From positions 64,001 to 128,000 of the forward strand of contig JBPOGH010000007.1 of assembly GCA_051252135.1 (NCBI GenBank): a DNA stretch of 64,000 bases, in the 5' to 3' direction. This document shows positions 18,239 through 27,603 of the stretch, piece by piece (within the stretch, counting starts at the first letter, position 1; the number at the start of each line of letters is the position of its first letter). The notes under the pieces are model-generated. The model searched no databases. It was not told the origin of the DNA and was given only the letters and a program-made list of their open reading frames with translations. This DNA is from Verrucomicrobiaceae bacterium. Its GTDB lineage: Bacteria; Verrucomicrobiota; Verrucomicrobiia; Verrucomicrobiales; Akkermansiaceae. A program made the position numbers and the translations under genes.

Positions 18239-19888
18239 CTAAGCTTCCTTTTCGTGTTTGAGGAAGGAGAGGGTTCCGACGACGAAGAGGAGGGCGAGGA
18301 AGCCCATGCCGATCATGCCGGCGGGGACGTCGCCGAATTTCTTGCCGGCGGTGGCCCACCAGGTGCCGACGGTGGCGACGGTGGTGGCGAAGATCATGAG
18401 GACGTTCCAGATGATGCGTGCATTGCCCTCGGGGCGTTTGTCGCCGAGGACCTTCTTGGAGTTCATGAGAAGGAAGAAGGTGAAGTAGGCGATGGGGATG
18501 AGGGAGCCGCCGATGACGGAGGTGGGGATGGCGAGGGCGGCCTTACTTTGGCCGGACCAGAAGAAGGGGTAGAGGCACCCTGCTCCACCTGAGATGAGGC
18601 AACCGAGGAAGTAGGCATTCTTTCCGCCGAGGGCATTGGCGAAGAGTTCCTTGAAGGCGAGACCATTGATCAACATGAGGATGATGATGGTGGAGACGGC
18701 CATGCCGAGAACGCCGACGCCGAAGACTTTCTGGGCGACGACTTCACCGGTGAAGGGCTTGAGGGTGATGGCGAGTGCTCCGGCATCACGTGAGTAGAGC
18801 ATGCCGGCGAGCTTGTGATCAGCTTCGGGGAGAGCGGCGATGGCGGCGGTGGAAGCGGCTTCCTTGGCGTCACCTTCAAGGCCTTTGACGGCTTCGACAA
18901 CGGAGGGCACTCCGGAGAGCATGCCCGCGCGTTGGGCGGCGGTGACATCGTCCGCTTTTCCATGGAAGGCGGAAGCGGAGGCGATGACGACGCAGGCGGT
19001 GGCGAGGAAGAAGGGAACGAAGAGGCCGATCGAGAGGTCGGTGATGGAGAGTCCGCGGTGCTTGCTGCCCCACTTCTTTTTCAAGAGAGTGTAGGGGAGG
19101 AGGAAGGTCATGTTGATGCCGACGGCGGTGCCGAAGGCGGCGAAGATTTTTGATTTTTGGGTGCTGACGATGTTGTTGTCCCACCAGTCCGGGTTGGAGG
19201 AGGCGGCGATGTCCGCAGCGAAGGTCTTGGAGCTGGAGCCCAGAAGTGAGAAATCGGGGATGAATCCTGCCAGGATTGCGCCGAAATCGATATCGCCTGC
19301 TTTGAGGAGAGTGACGACGACGGCGATGAAGGAGAGGACGATGATGCCGACCATGACCTTGATGATGCGGTCGAAGAGCTTGGCGCCGCCGCCTCCGGCC
19401 TCGTAGAGGTAATTCACGTAGAGTCCGATGGCGAAGAGGACGGCGATGATGCCCCAGGGGGAGGCGTCGGGTGCGCTGCCGATGAGGTTTTGCTGGATGG
19501 CGGCGGTTCCGAGAGAGAACTGGGGCATGGTCCAGACGATATTGGCCATGATGGTGGCGACGAGCCAGGACCAGCCGAGGAGCGGGTGGAGGTGGCTGTT
19601 GATGAGTTGGAGGGGACGTTTCTCGGTGGAGAGGGTGACGTAAGCGATGGCGGCGAGCATGATGATGCCGCAGATCATGGCGAGGGGCTGGACCCAGAGG
19701 AGGGAGTTGCCCGCGACGATTCCGAGGTAGAGGGCGCCGGCGAGGGAGCCGCCTCCGAGGGTGATGGCTCCTTGAAGCCAGCCGGGTCCGGAGATTTTGG
19801 CGTAGGCGAAAAACTTGGTGACTCCGCCCTTATCGGCGACGGAATCGATGACATCGAGCTCGTGTTGTTGGCGGTCGGTGTTGCTCAT
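18239..19888 (-). CDS. NRAMP-related (APC superfamily) transporter
   Basis: GPGWLQGAITLGGGS N-terminal motif and many TM segments; no canonical DPGN. Confidence 0.7.
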   Translation of the reverse strand: MSNTDRQQHELDVIDSVADKGGVTKFFAYAKISGPGWLQGAITLGGGSLAGALYLGIVAGNSLLWVQPLAMICGIIMLAAIAYVTLSTEKRPLQLINSHLHPLLGWSWLVATIMANIVWTMPQFSLGTAAIQQNLIGSAPDASPWGIIAVLFAIGLYVNYLYEAGGGGAKLFDRIIKVMVGIIVLSFIAVVVTLLKAGDIDFGAILAGFIPDFSLLGSSSKTFAADIAASSNPDWWDNNIVSTQKSKIFAAFGTAVGINMTFLLPYTLLKKKWGSKHRGLSITDLSIGLFVPFFLATACVVIASASAFHGKADDVTAAQRAGMLSGVPSVVEAVKGLEGDAKEAASTAAIAALPEADHKLAGMLYSRDAGALAITLKPFTGEVVAQKVFGVGVLGMAVSTIIILMLINGLAFKELFANALGGKNAYFLGCLISGGAGCLYPFFWSGQSKAALAIPTSVIGGSLIPIAYFTFFLLMNSKKVLGDKRPEGNARIIWNVLMIFATTVATVGTWWATAGKKFGDVPAGMIGMGFLALLFVVGTLSFLKHEKEA

Positions 19889-19979
19889 GGGTGTTAGAAT
19901 GCGGAAATTTGGCGGCTTGGGTAGATTTTTTTAGTCCCGTGATTGCGGGACAAGCAAAGTGGGGACAGACTGCGCCCCG

Positions 19980-20864
19980 ATGTCGGACGAGGTTCCCAAA
20001 TTTAGCAAAGACTTGCAGGTGCTTACGAAGGTGCGTCTGAACATCTTTGTGTTGATCACGACTTTGTTCGGATTTTTTCTGGCGGCCAAGGGTTTGGGGG
20101 GGATGGAGGGGAAGTGGTGGTTGCTTTTGCACACCTTGATCGGGACGGCGGCGGCGGCCTTTGGGTCGGCGGCATTTAACCAGCTGATGGAGATTGAGGA
20201 TGATGCGTTGATGAAGCGGACGGCGGACCGGCCATTGCCCTCGAAGCGGATGGGGGTGATGAAGGCGTTTGCGATTGGGTGGGGGCTGGCGGCCTTTGGC
20301 TGCATTCATTTGGCGGCGAAGGTGAGTGCGATGGCGGCGATTCTGGCGGCGGTGACGATTGCGATTTACGTCTTTGTCTACACGCCGATGAAGAAGTGGC
20401 ATTCGACGAACACGCTGGTGGGTGCGATTCCGGGGGCGATTCCTCCGATGATTGGCTGGGTGGGAGCGGGCGGGGCGTGGACGGATGCGGGCGGGTGGTT
20501 TTTGTTTTCGCTGCTTTTTCTGTGGCAGTTGCCGCATTTTGTGGCGATCAGCTGGTTGTGTCGGGAGGAATACGAGGATGCGGGGTATCAGATGTGGTCG
20601 AATGGTGATGTGAGCGGGAGGAAGACGGTGCGGCTTTATCTTGGGTTCTCGGTGCTGATGATTGTGTTGGGGGTGGTGGGAGCGTTTTTGGGGTTTTATT
20701 CCCATGTGCTGGGGGTGGTCCACGGGGTGATGGTGGTGGCGATGATGCGGCCGGCGCTGACTTACGGGGCGGAGGCGGACCGGGGGAAGATGCGGAAGGC
20801 GTTCTTTGGGACGTTGCTGTATCTGCCAATCGTGCTTCTCGGTCTTGCCTTTGCGTGGGGCTAG
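19980..20864 (+). CDS. ctaB: Protoheme IX farnesyltransferase (heme O synthase)
   Basis: NQLME..DD.LMKRT..RPLP, YTPMK, GAIPPMIGW, WQLPHF. Confidence 0.93.
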   Translation: MSDEVPKFSKDLQVLTKVRLNIFVLITTLFGFFLAAKGLGGMEGKWWLLLHTLIGTAAAAFGSAAFNQLMEIEDDALMKRTADRPLPSKRMGVMKAFAIGWGLAAFGCIHLAAKVSAMAAILAAVTIAIYVFVYTPMKKWHSTNTLVGAIPGAIPPMIGWVGAGGAWTDAGGWFLFSLLFLWQLPHFVAISWLCREEYEDAGYQMWSNGDVSGRKTVRLYLGFSVLMIVLGVVGAFLGFYSHVLGVVHGVMVVAMMRPALTYGAEADRGKMRKAFFGTLLYLPIVLLGLAFAWG

Positions 20865-20879
20865 GCTAGCGTGCCGCCG

Positions 20880-21659
20880 ATGGACGTTAGTCAGCTGGAA
20901 CCCGCGGACCGTGATCCGAAGAAGCTTCGCAATACGGCCTTGATCCTAGTGGGGATCATGGTGGTGGGCGGATTTTTGATTTTGTGGGCCTACAGCGCCT
21001 TCGCAGATCGGACGGCGAAGAGTGATCGGCCGAGTATTGAATCGAAGATCACGGATGATTGCCGCCTGATCACGGCGGATGGGGAGGAGCGTGATATCCA
21101 GGACCTGCAGGGGAGGATTACGCTGGCGTTGATCTCGACGAGCGAGACGGGTGAGCGTTCGGAGAATTCGATTGCGGCGTTGCGCGAGGTGATGGCGCAT
21201 TTTGCGGAAGCGGAAGAAAAACCGGTGGTGCTGTTGTTTGTACTGGATGGATTTGAAGACCAGCCGGAGGGGATGGCAGGGGTGTTGCCCGAGTTGGATG
21301 GGATCGCGGAGGTATGGCGGGTGGCCGCGGGGGTGGACGGGAAGGTTTCGGTGCGGGCCTTTTTGAAGAACCGGTTGCGCTTTGGGGTGTATCCCGAAAT
21401 GGGTGATGAGGGCTGGAACTACGATACGAAGCTGGTTTTGCTCGATCAGTGGCTGCACTTGCGGGGGATTCCGGGATCCAACGAGGGATGGGATTTTGAC
21501 AAAGTGGCGGAGATGGAGGAACAGTTTGAGAAGGCGAAGGAAGAGCATCCCGATAAGGAGTTGATTCCGCCACCGATGACGACCGCGCGCTTGACGGAGC
21601 TGCTGATCAAGTCGATCGAATACCTCTACGCAAACCCTGACGAAAAAGGCCAAAAATGA
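20880..21659 (+). CDS. Membrane-anchored SCO/thioredoxin-like protein without a Cys motif
   Basis: N-terminal TM helix, SCO-like layout (LQGRITL; KLVLLDQWLHLRG), lies between ctaB and SCO. Confidence 0.5.
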   Translation: MDVSQLEPADRDPKKLRNTALILVGIMVVGGFLILWAYSAFADRTAKSDRPSIESKITDDCRLITADGEERDIQDLQGRITLALISTSETGERSENSIAALREVMAHFAEAEEKPVVLLFVLDGFEDQPEGMAGVLPELDGIAEVWRVAAGVDGKVSVRAFLKNRLRFGVYPEMGDEGWNYDTKLVLLDQWLHLRGIPGSNEGWDFDKVAEMEEQFEKAKEEHPDKELIPPPMTTARLTELLIKSIEYLYANPDEKGQK

Positions 21660-22330
21660 CCCCGAAAAAACAGATTGTTCTTATTTACTCCGTTGTGGGT
21701 GTCATTTCGGCATTCATTTTGGGGATGTCCTTATGGCTGGCGACCTTGAAGAAGACGCAGGCGAGCGAGGGTCCGGTGGCGGAAGATGTGGGGAAGGTGG
21801 AGGTGGAGTCGATCACGACGCTGGAGACGGATCTGGAGTTGGTGAAGCAGGACGGGACACCGGTGAAGATTTCCGATTTGAAGGACAAGGTGTGGGTGGC
21901 GGCGCAGTTCTTTGCGGTGTGCCCGATGTGTGCGGAGCGGAATGGCAAGCGGCTGCTGGAGGTTTACAATACCTACAAGGATGATCCGAATTTTGTGATC
22001 GTGTGCATGTCGGTGGATCCCGAGGCGGACACGCAGGAGCACCTTTTGGATTTGGAAAAGGGCTTGGGGGTGGATCGTTCGAACTGGTGGTTTGTGAAGA
22101 CGGACCGCGAGACGATTCACAACTACATGCGCTATGAGATGCTCTTTGGAGACGTGCGGGAGCGGACGGTGCCCGAGGAGATTGCGGCGAAGGGGAAGTG
22201 GGCGCATGACATGGGGCTACAGGTCTGGAGAGGCGATACGCTGATCAAGAAGTGGGATGAAGTGCATGGCCCCGGTATTTTGCCGCAGGCGATTGAGAAA
22301 GCGCTGAAAGACCTCAAGGAAGAAGAGTGA
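21656..22330 (+). CDS. SCO-family copper chaperone
   Basis: DLKDKVWVAAQFFAVCPMC, SVDPEADT and a distal His (WAHD). Confidence 0.8.
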   Translation: MTPKKQIVLIYSVVGVISAFILGMSLWLATLKKTQASEGPVAEDVGKVEVESITTLETDLELVKQDGTPVKISDLKDKVWVAAQFFAVCPMCAERNGKRLLEVYNTYKDDPNFVIVCMSVDPEADTQEHLLDLEKGLGVDRSNWWFVKTDRETIHNYMRYEMLFGDVRERTVPEEIAAKGKWAHDMGLQVWRGDTLIKKWDEVHGPGILPQAIEKALKDLKEEE

Positions 22331-22935
22331 TGAGTGAACGAGAAGATTTCAGGGAACTGCCGGTCCAAGAGGAGAAGGCGGCGAAGATGCGCCGCGGGGT
22401 GTGGGTGATCTCGGTGCTGGTGTTGGTGCTGGTGGCGGTGATGCGGTCGCCTTACAAGATTCCGCTTCCCGAGGGGGTTGAATTTTCGGTGCTGCCGAAG
22501 GTGCATGCGGGGTTGAACTGTCTGGTGGCGGCGTGTCTGCTGGCGGCCTTGTTCGCGATCGGGCGGGGGAAGGTGAGATTGCACAAGCAGTTCATGACGG
22601 GGGCGCTGGTGGTTTCGGGTCTCTTTTTGCTGAGTTACGTGGCGTATCATTTCACGACGATGGAGACGCTTTACGGTGATATCGACGGGGGTGGAGCGGT
22701 GGATGATTTTGAGAAGGAGCAGGCGGGGTGGAGGCGTCCGGTTTATTTGGGGATTTTGATCGCGCACATTGTGGCGGCGGCGGTTTCCTTTCCGCTGATT
22801 CTGATGACCTTTGTGCATGCGTGGACGAACAATTTTGAGAAGCACAAGAGGCTGGCGCGCAAGGTGTGGCCGCTGTGGTTCTTCGTGGCGGTGACGGGGC
22901 CGGTTTGTTATTTCATGTTGCGACCGTATTACTAG
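22330..22935 (+). CDS. DUF420 membrane protein
   Basis: HKQFM..A...S.LFLLSYV.YH; HKRLAR..WPLW.FVAVTG. Confidence 0.88.
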   Translation: MSEREDFRELPVQEEKAAKMRRGVWVISVLVLVLVAVMRSPYKIPLPEGVEFSVLPKVHAGLNCLVAACLLAALFAIGRGKVRLHKQFMTGALVVSGLFLLSYVAYHFTTMETLYGDIDGGGAVDDFEKEQAGWRRPVYLGILIAHIVAAAVSFPLILMTFVHAWTNNFEKHKRLARKVWPLWFFVAVTGPVCYFMLRPYY

Positions 22936-22973
22936 GAGTTGATCCCAGAAGGTGGAGCGGGTAGAGAGGCGGT

Positions 22974-24263
22974 ATGAAAATTCTTCGTCACGATGACTCC
23001 GGCTTTGAGCGTTTCGTTAAGAAGCTCAAGCGGAGGGCAATTCCGACTGATGATGTGCGGGAATCGGTGACGGCGATTGTTGATGACGTGAAGAAGCGGG
23101 GTGACGCGGCGCTGGTGGACTTTGCGAAGAAGTTCGACAAGGCGACGTTGAAGAAGTCCCAATTGCGGGTGACGGAGGCGGAGATGGCCGCCGCGCGGTC
23201 GCAGGTGAGCAAGGAGACAAAGGCGGCAGTGGCGGCCTCGCGGAAGAATATTCATGCGTTTGCGAAGAGATCGCAGCGGAAGGATTGGTCTTACAAGAAT
23301 GCGGAAGGGGCCGAGGTGGGGGAGCGTTTTGTGCCGTTTGATCGGGTGGGGATTTATGTGCCGGGGGGGAAGGCTCCCCTGGTATCGACGGCGCTGATGA
23401 CGGGGGCGTTTGCACAGGCGGCGGGGGTGCCTGAGATTGTGGCGGCGACTCCTCCGGGAGCGGATGGTTCGGTGAATCCGGATTTGCTCTATGCGCTGGA
23501 GATGTCTGGCGCGACCGAGATTTATAAGATGGGCGGGGCGCACGGGATTGCGGCGCTGGCGCTGGGGACGAAGTCGATTGATCCGGTGGATAAGATTTTT
23601 GGACCGGGGAACAAGTTTGTGGTGGAGGCGAAGCGGCAGATGGTTGGAGCGGTGGCGATTGATTTGCTGCCGGGGCCATCGGAGGTGTTGATTGCGGCGG
23701 ACGCGACAGGGAAGGCGAAGTTTTTAGCGGCCGATCTTTTGGCACAGGCGGAGCACGGGCCCGACAGTGTGGTGGGTTTTGTGACGACCTCGAAGAAGCT
23801 GCTGGCGGATGTGCAGAGTGAGTTGGAGTCGCAGCTGGCTGACTTGCCCCGGAAAGAAATTGCGAAGACGGCTTTGAAGAAGGCAGGGTTTATGCTGCTG
23901 GTGAAGTCGATGAAAGAGGCGATCGAGATCGTGAACGATTGGGCGCCGGAGCACTTGGTTTTGGTGGCGAAGGACGAGGACAAGTGGCTTGACCAGGTGC
24001 GCACGGCGGGTGCGATTTACGTGGGAAATTATTCGGCGGTGGCGGTGGGGGATTTCCTTGCCGGGCCGAGTCATACCTTGCCAACGGAAGGAAGCGGACG
24101 GAGTTTTTCGGGGTTGCGGGCGGACCAGTTCCAGCGGCGTGCCAGTGTGGTGCGGATGGATCAGGCGGCGCTGCGGAAGTCACAGAAGCACGTGGAGCAC
24201 TTCGCCAAGATGGAAGGGCTCTTTGGTCATGGGAATTCGGTGACGCTGCGGGCGGAGGATTAG
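22974..24263 (+). CDS. hisD: Histidinol dehydrogenase
   Basis: GIYVPGG, GPGN.FV, GPSEV, QAEH, APEHL, GPSHTLPT. Confidence 0.97.
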   Translation: MKILRHDDSGFERFVKKLKRRAIPTDDVRESVTAIVDDVKKRGDAALVDFAKKFDKATLKKSQLRVTEAEMAAARSQVSKETKAAVAASRKNIHAFAKRSQRKDWSYKNAEGAEVGERFVPFDRVGIYVPGGKAPLVSTALMTGAFAQAAGVPEIVAATPPGADGSVNPDLLYALEMSGATEIYKMGGAHGIAALALGTKSIDPVDKIFGPGNKFVVEAKRQMVGAVAIDLLPGPSEVLIAADATGKAKFLAADLLAQAEHGPDSVVGFVTTSKKLLADVQSELESQLADLPRKEIAKTALKKAGFMLLVKSMKEAIEIVNDWAPEHLVLVAKDEDKWLDQVRTAGAIYVGNYSAVAVGDFLAGPSHTLPTEGSGRSFSGLRADQFQRRASVVRMDQAALRKSQKHVEHFAKMEGLFGHGNSVTLRAED

Positions 24264-25054
24264 AGGGGTTCGGTGGAGCGGATTCTTTTTTGGAAGAGGC
24301 AGGTGTTTTGGAAGCCGGCGTCTTTTAGGAGGGTGATTCCTTTGTCGAAGTCACGGGCAACTTCTCCGGGTGCGTGGGCATCGGAGGAGAGGGTGACGGG
24401 GATGTTGGCGGAGGCGGCGAGCTGGAGGAATTCGAAGGAGGGGTATTGCTCGGCGCAGGGCTTGTGGAAGCCGGCGGTGTTGAGCTCGATGGCACCTTCG
24501 GCATCGACGAGGGCCTGGATGACGGGGTCGTAGAATCGTTTGAGGTCGCCCTCGGGGCGGTAGGAGAATTTTTTGATGAGGTCGGGGTGGCCGAGGAAGT
24601 CGAAGAGTCCGCTGCGGGCCATTTTTTCGTATTCCTTCCAGTAGGTGGACCAGGCTTCCTCGACGTCGGTCTCGGCCCAGCGCCCGAGCCATGCGGGGTT
24701 ATCGAAGTCCCAGCCATCGAGGTAGTGGATGGAACCGATGAGGTAGTCCCAATCGAAGACGTGGTGGAGGTCGATGATCCATTGTTTGCAGTCGGGAAGC
24801 CAGTCGCACTCGAGTCCGGTGCGGACGGGGATTTTGTCTGCGGCGTGGGCCTGGGCCTTGGTGATCCACTCGATGTAGATGGGGAGGTCTTCGACGAGCA
24901 TGCGCCAGTCATCGAAGGGCTCGGGACGCTGGGGGGCGTGATCGGAGATGCCGTATTCGGTGACGCCGGCGGCGATGGCGGCATCGATGTATTCTTCGGG
25001 TTCGCCTTCGGCGTGGTGGCACAGGGGGGTGTGGGTGTGATAATCTGCCGGCAT
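24260..25054 (-). CDS. Histidinol-phosphatase, PHP/HisJ family
   Basis: DYHTHT, SDH, IGSIH, GHPD, ELNTAG, SSDAH. Confidence 0.9.
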   Translation of the reverse strand: MPADYHTHTPLCHHAEGEPEEYIDAAIAAGVTEYGISDHAPQRPEPFDDWRMLVEDLPIYIEWITKAQAHAADKIPVRTGLECDWLPDCKQWIIDLHHVFDWDYLIGSIHYLDGWDFDNPAWLGRWAETDVEEAWSTYWKEYEKMARSGLFDFLGHPDLIKKFSYRPEGDLKRFYDPVIQALVDAEGAIELNTAGFHKPCAEQYPSFEFLQLAASANIPVTLSSDAHAPGEVARDFDKGITLLKDAGFQNTCLFQKRIRSTEPL

Positions 25055-25124
25055 GGGGTGTTTGGCGTTGTCGCGCTGACGATGTTCATACAGGATTCGG
25101 CAACCGTCGCAAAGCCCACAGCAC

Positions 25125-26186
25125 ATGTCCGATCACGTCAGCGCCTTTTCCAAGCCCAATTCCTTTACGCAGCCCCTTTTTGATCAACTGAAGAGGCATC
25201 CGAAGCGGATCGTATTTTCCGATGCGGAGGATGAGCGAATTTTGCGGGTGGCGGAGCGGATGGTGGAGCTGGAGTTGGGGATTCCGATCTTGCTGGGGAA
25301 CAAGGAGAAAATTTGCGGGATGGCGGAGGAGTTGGGGGTGAAGATGGATTTTGTGCGGGTGATTCAGCCTGAGTTGGCTTCGGATTTCCCGTTGTTTTGT
25401 GATCGGTTGGAGAACATTGAGCGTTATCGGGGCATCAAGGGGGTCAATGCGAAAGAGATCATGAAGAAGCCGGATTACTTTGCGGCAATGATGGTGCAGT
25501 ATGGTCAGGCGGATGCTTGCTTGAGCGGGAATCAGTCGACGCCGGCGGGCGTGTTCCGTCCGTTGCTGCATTTGATTGCGCCGGATCCGAAGGTGAAGCG
25601 GGTGTTCGCGGTGACGATTTTGGTGTCCGAGACGCTGCAGCATTTTGGAAATGGCGGGACCTTGTTTTTATCCGACTGTGGTTTGGTGGCGGAGCCGACG
25701 GTGGAAGAGCTGGCATCGATTGCGGAAGTGACAGGGCAGCTGGCGCGGCACCATCTGGGGCGTCGGGTGCGGGTGGCGATGTTGAGTCATTCGACCCATG
25801 GGACTTCGGTGACGGCTCCGGCCTTGAAGGTGAAGGCGGCGACGGAGTTGGCGCGGCAGCATGTTCCGGCGCTGGAGATTGAGGTGGATGGTGAGATTCA
25901 GGCGGACGTGGCACTGGATGCCTCGGCGGCGGAGGTGAAGCTTCCGCAGCAGGAGCGCAAGGCTCCGGCGGATGTGTTGATTTTTCCATCGCTTGATGCG
26001 GCGCACATTTCGTTGAAGTTGCTCCAGCATGTGGGCGGGGCGCAGAATTACGGGCAGTTGATCTGCGGGTTGATGCGGCCGGCGGCGCAGGTGCCGAGGA
26101 CGGCGTCGGTGGAGACGATTTTGGGAACAGCGGCGGCGTTGGGTGTGGAGGCGATCAAGTTCCACGATTTGTATCCGAAGGGTTAG
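25125..26186 (+). CDS. Phosphate acetyltransferase-family (PTA_PTB) protein with a degenerate active site
   Basis: RIVFSDAED, DCGL..EP, AMLS.ST.G, DGEIQAD.AL, VLIFP; the canonical DLSRG...D is replaced by QVPRT...T. Confidence 0.85.
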   Translation: MSDHVSAFSKPNSFTQPLFDQLKRHPKRIVFSDAEDERILRVAERMVELELGIPILLGNKEKICGMAEELGVKMDFVRVIQPELASDFPLFCDRLENIERYRGIKGVNAKEIMKKPDYFAAMMVQYGQADACLSGNQSTPAGVFRPLLHLIAPDPKVKRVFAVTILVSETLQHFGNGGTLFLSDCGLVAEPTVEELASIAEVTGQLARHHLGRRVRVAMLSHSTHGTSVTAPALKVKAATELARQHVPALEIEVDGEIQADVALDASAAEVKLPQQERKAPADVLIFPSLDAAHISLKLLQHVGGAQNYGQLICGLMRPAAQVPRTASVETILGTAAALGVEAIKFHDLYPKG

Positions 26187-26480
26187 TCGGGAGTGTTCTG
26201 GCGTGCCTTCAGCACGCGATCGCGGCTGTTGGGGAAGACCTTGGACTGAAGTCCAAGGCTTTGGTTGTGAGATGCCTTTGGCATCGGGAAGCGTCCAGGG
26301 AAACGATTCTGGGAACGGCGGCGGCGTTGGGTGTGGAGGCGATCAAGTTCCACGAGCTTTACCCGAAGGGTTAGGCGGGAGTGTTCCGGCGTGCCTTCAG
26401 CATGCGATCGCGGCTGTTGGGGAAGACCTTGGGCTGAAGTCCAAGGCTTTGGTTGTGAGATGCCTTTGGCATCGGGAAGC
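26111..26480 (+). repeat. Tandem duplication (period 188 bp) of the Pta-like gene 3' end plus REP-like hairpins
   Basis: Copies at 26111-26292 and 26299-26480; hairpins cgtgccttcagcacg, ccttggactgaagtccaagg, gatgcctttggcatc. Confidence 0.95.
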
Positions 26481-26482
26481 AT

Positions 26483-27121
26483 TTATCCGAGGATGGGGGG
26501 GATTTCGGCGAGGGAGGTGATGATGTGTTGTGCGTTGCGGGTGACTTTTTCACGGGCAACGAAGCCGGTGTAGGCGAAGAAGTGATCGACGATGGGTTGG
26601 GTTTCGAAGTCGCTGACGCCGTCACCCACCATGACGATTTGGTCGGGTGAGGATTCTTTTTTGATGGCTTCGATGAGCTCGGGTTTCCCGCCGTTTCGGG
26701 TGGTGGGGTAGTCGGAATCGAAGCCGGCGTAGGAGCCATCGGGGTGGAAGTTGAGGGGGACGGCTTCGATACGGGAAATGTTGAGGACTTTGGCGAGTGC
26801 TTCGATGCAGGGGGCGAAGCCGCCGGAGATGATGAGGCATTCCCAGCCATCGGCTTGCAGGGCGGCGATGGTTTCTTTGGCGGTGGGTTCGATCTGGTCG
26901 AGGTACATTTGCCCGATGTCCTCGCACTGCTGGCGGGTGGGGTTGATGAGCTCGAGGCGTTTGGCGAAGACTTCTTCGATGGCGATCTCGCCATTCATGG
27001 CCTGGTTGGTGAGGTCTTCGACTTTTTGGAAGGCTTCGGGGCCGGCGAGGCGGGCGAGTTCGTCGACTCCCTCGATGGCGGAGAGGGTGGAGTCGCAGTC
27101 AAAGGCGATGATCTTTTTCAT
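26483..27121 (-). CDS. serB: Phosphoserine phosphatase-like HAD-IB hydrolase
   Basis: FDCDSTL, TNQAMNGE, ISGGF, MVGDGVSD. Confidence 0.8.
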   Translation of the reverse strand: MKKIIAFDCDSTLSAIEGVDELARLAGPEAFQKVEDLTNQAMNGEIAIEEVFAKRLELINPTRQQCEDIGQMYLDQIEPTAKETIAALQADGWECLIISGGFAPCIEALAKVLNISRIEAVPLNFHPDGSYAGFDSDYPTTRNGGKPELIEAIKKESSPDQIVMVGDGVSDFETQPIVDHFFAYTGFVAREKVTRNAQHIITSLAEIPPILG

Positions 27122-27603
27122 GGGTTGATGATGACGGTGGTGAAGAGGGGGGTGAGGTCGAAGAGGGTGAGCATGTCGTGGTTTTTGAGACGAATGCAGC
27201 CGTGGGAGGCGGGTTGGCCGATCATGTCCTCGGCATGGGTGCCGTGGAAGTAGATGTAACGGGCGAAGGAGTTTTGGTTTTCGGGGTCGAGTCCGTCGAG
27301 GCGGAGGATGCGGGTGAGGATGGCGTCGTTTTCCGATTCACCATCCCAGACGGTTTTGGGGAGTCGTCCTTTGAAACTGGTGCGGAGTGGGGCGCCGTCG
27401 CCGATTTTTTCACGAACGACGAAACGGCCGACGGGGGTGCGGTAGGATCCTTCTTCGCTGCCGATGCCATTGGAAGAGGTGGAGACGGGAGCCTCGAAGA
27501 GAAGCTCGCCGGCGCGCGTGAGGGTGACTGTCTGAAGGGGGATCGAGACCTCGATCCGGGAATCAGTTTCAGGCCAGTTGCGGTTCACGCGGTCGGGCGT
27601 CAT
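27118..27603 (-). CDS. L,D-transpeptidase (YkuD) family protein
   Basis: IYFHGT...GQPASHGCIRL. Confidence 0.9.
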   Translation of the reverse strand: MTPDRVNRNWPETDSRIEVSIPLQTVTLTRAGELLFEAPVSTSSNGIGSEEGSYRTPVGRFVVREKIGDGAPLRTSFKGRLPKTVWDGESENDAILTRILRLDGLDPENQNSFARYIYFHGTHAEDMIGQPASHGCIRLKNHDMLTLFDLTPLFTTVIINP

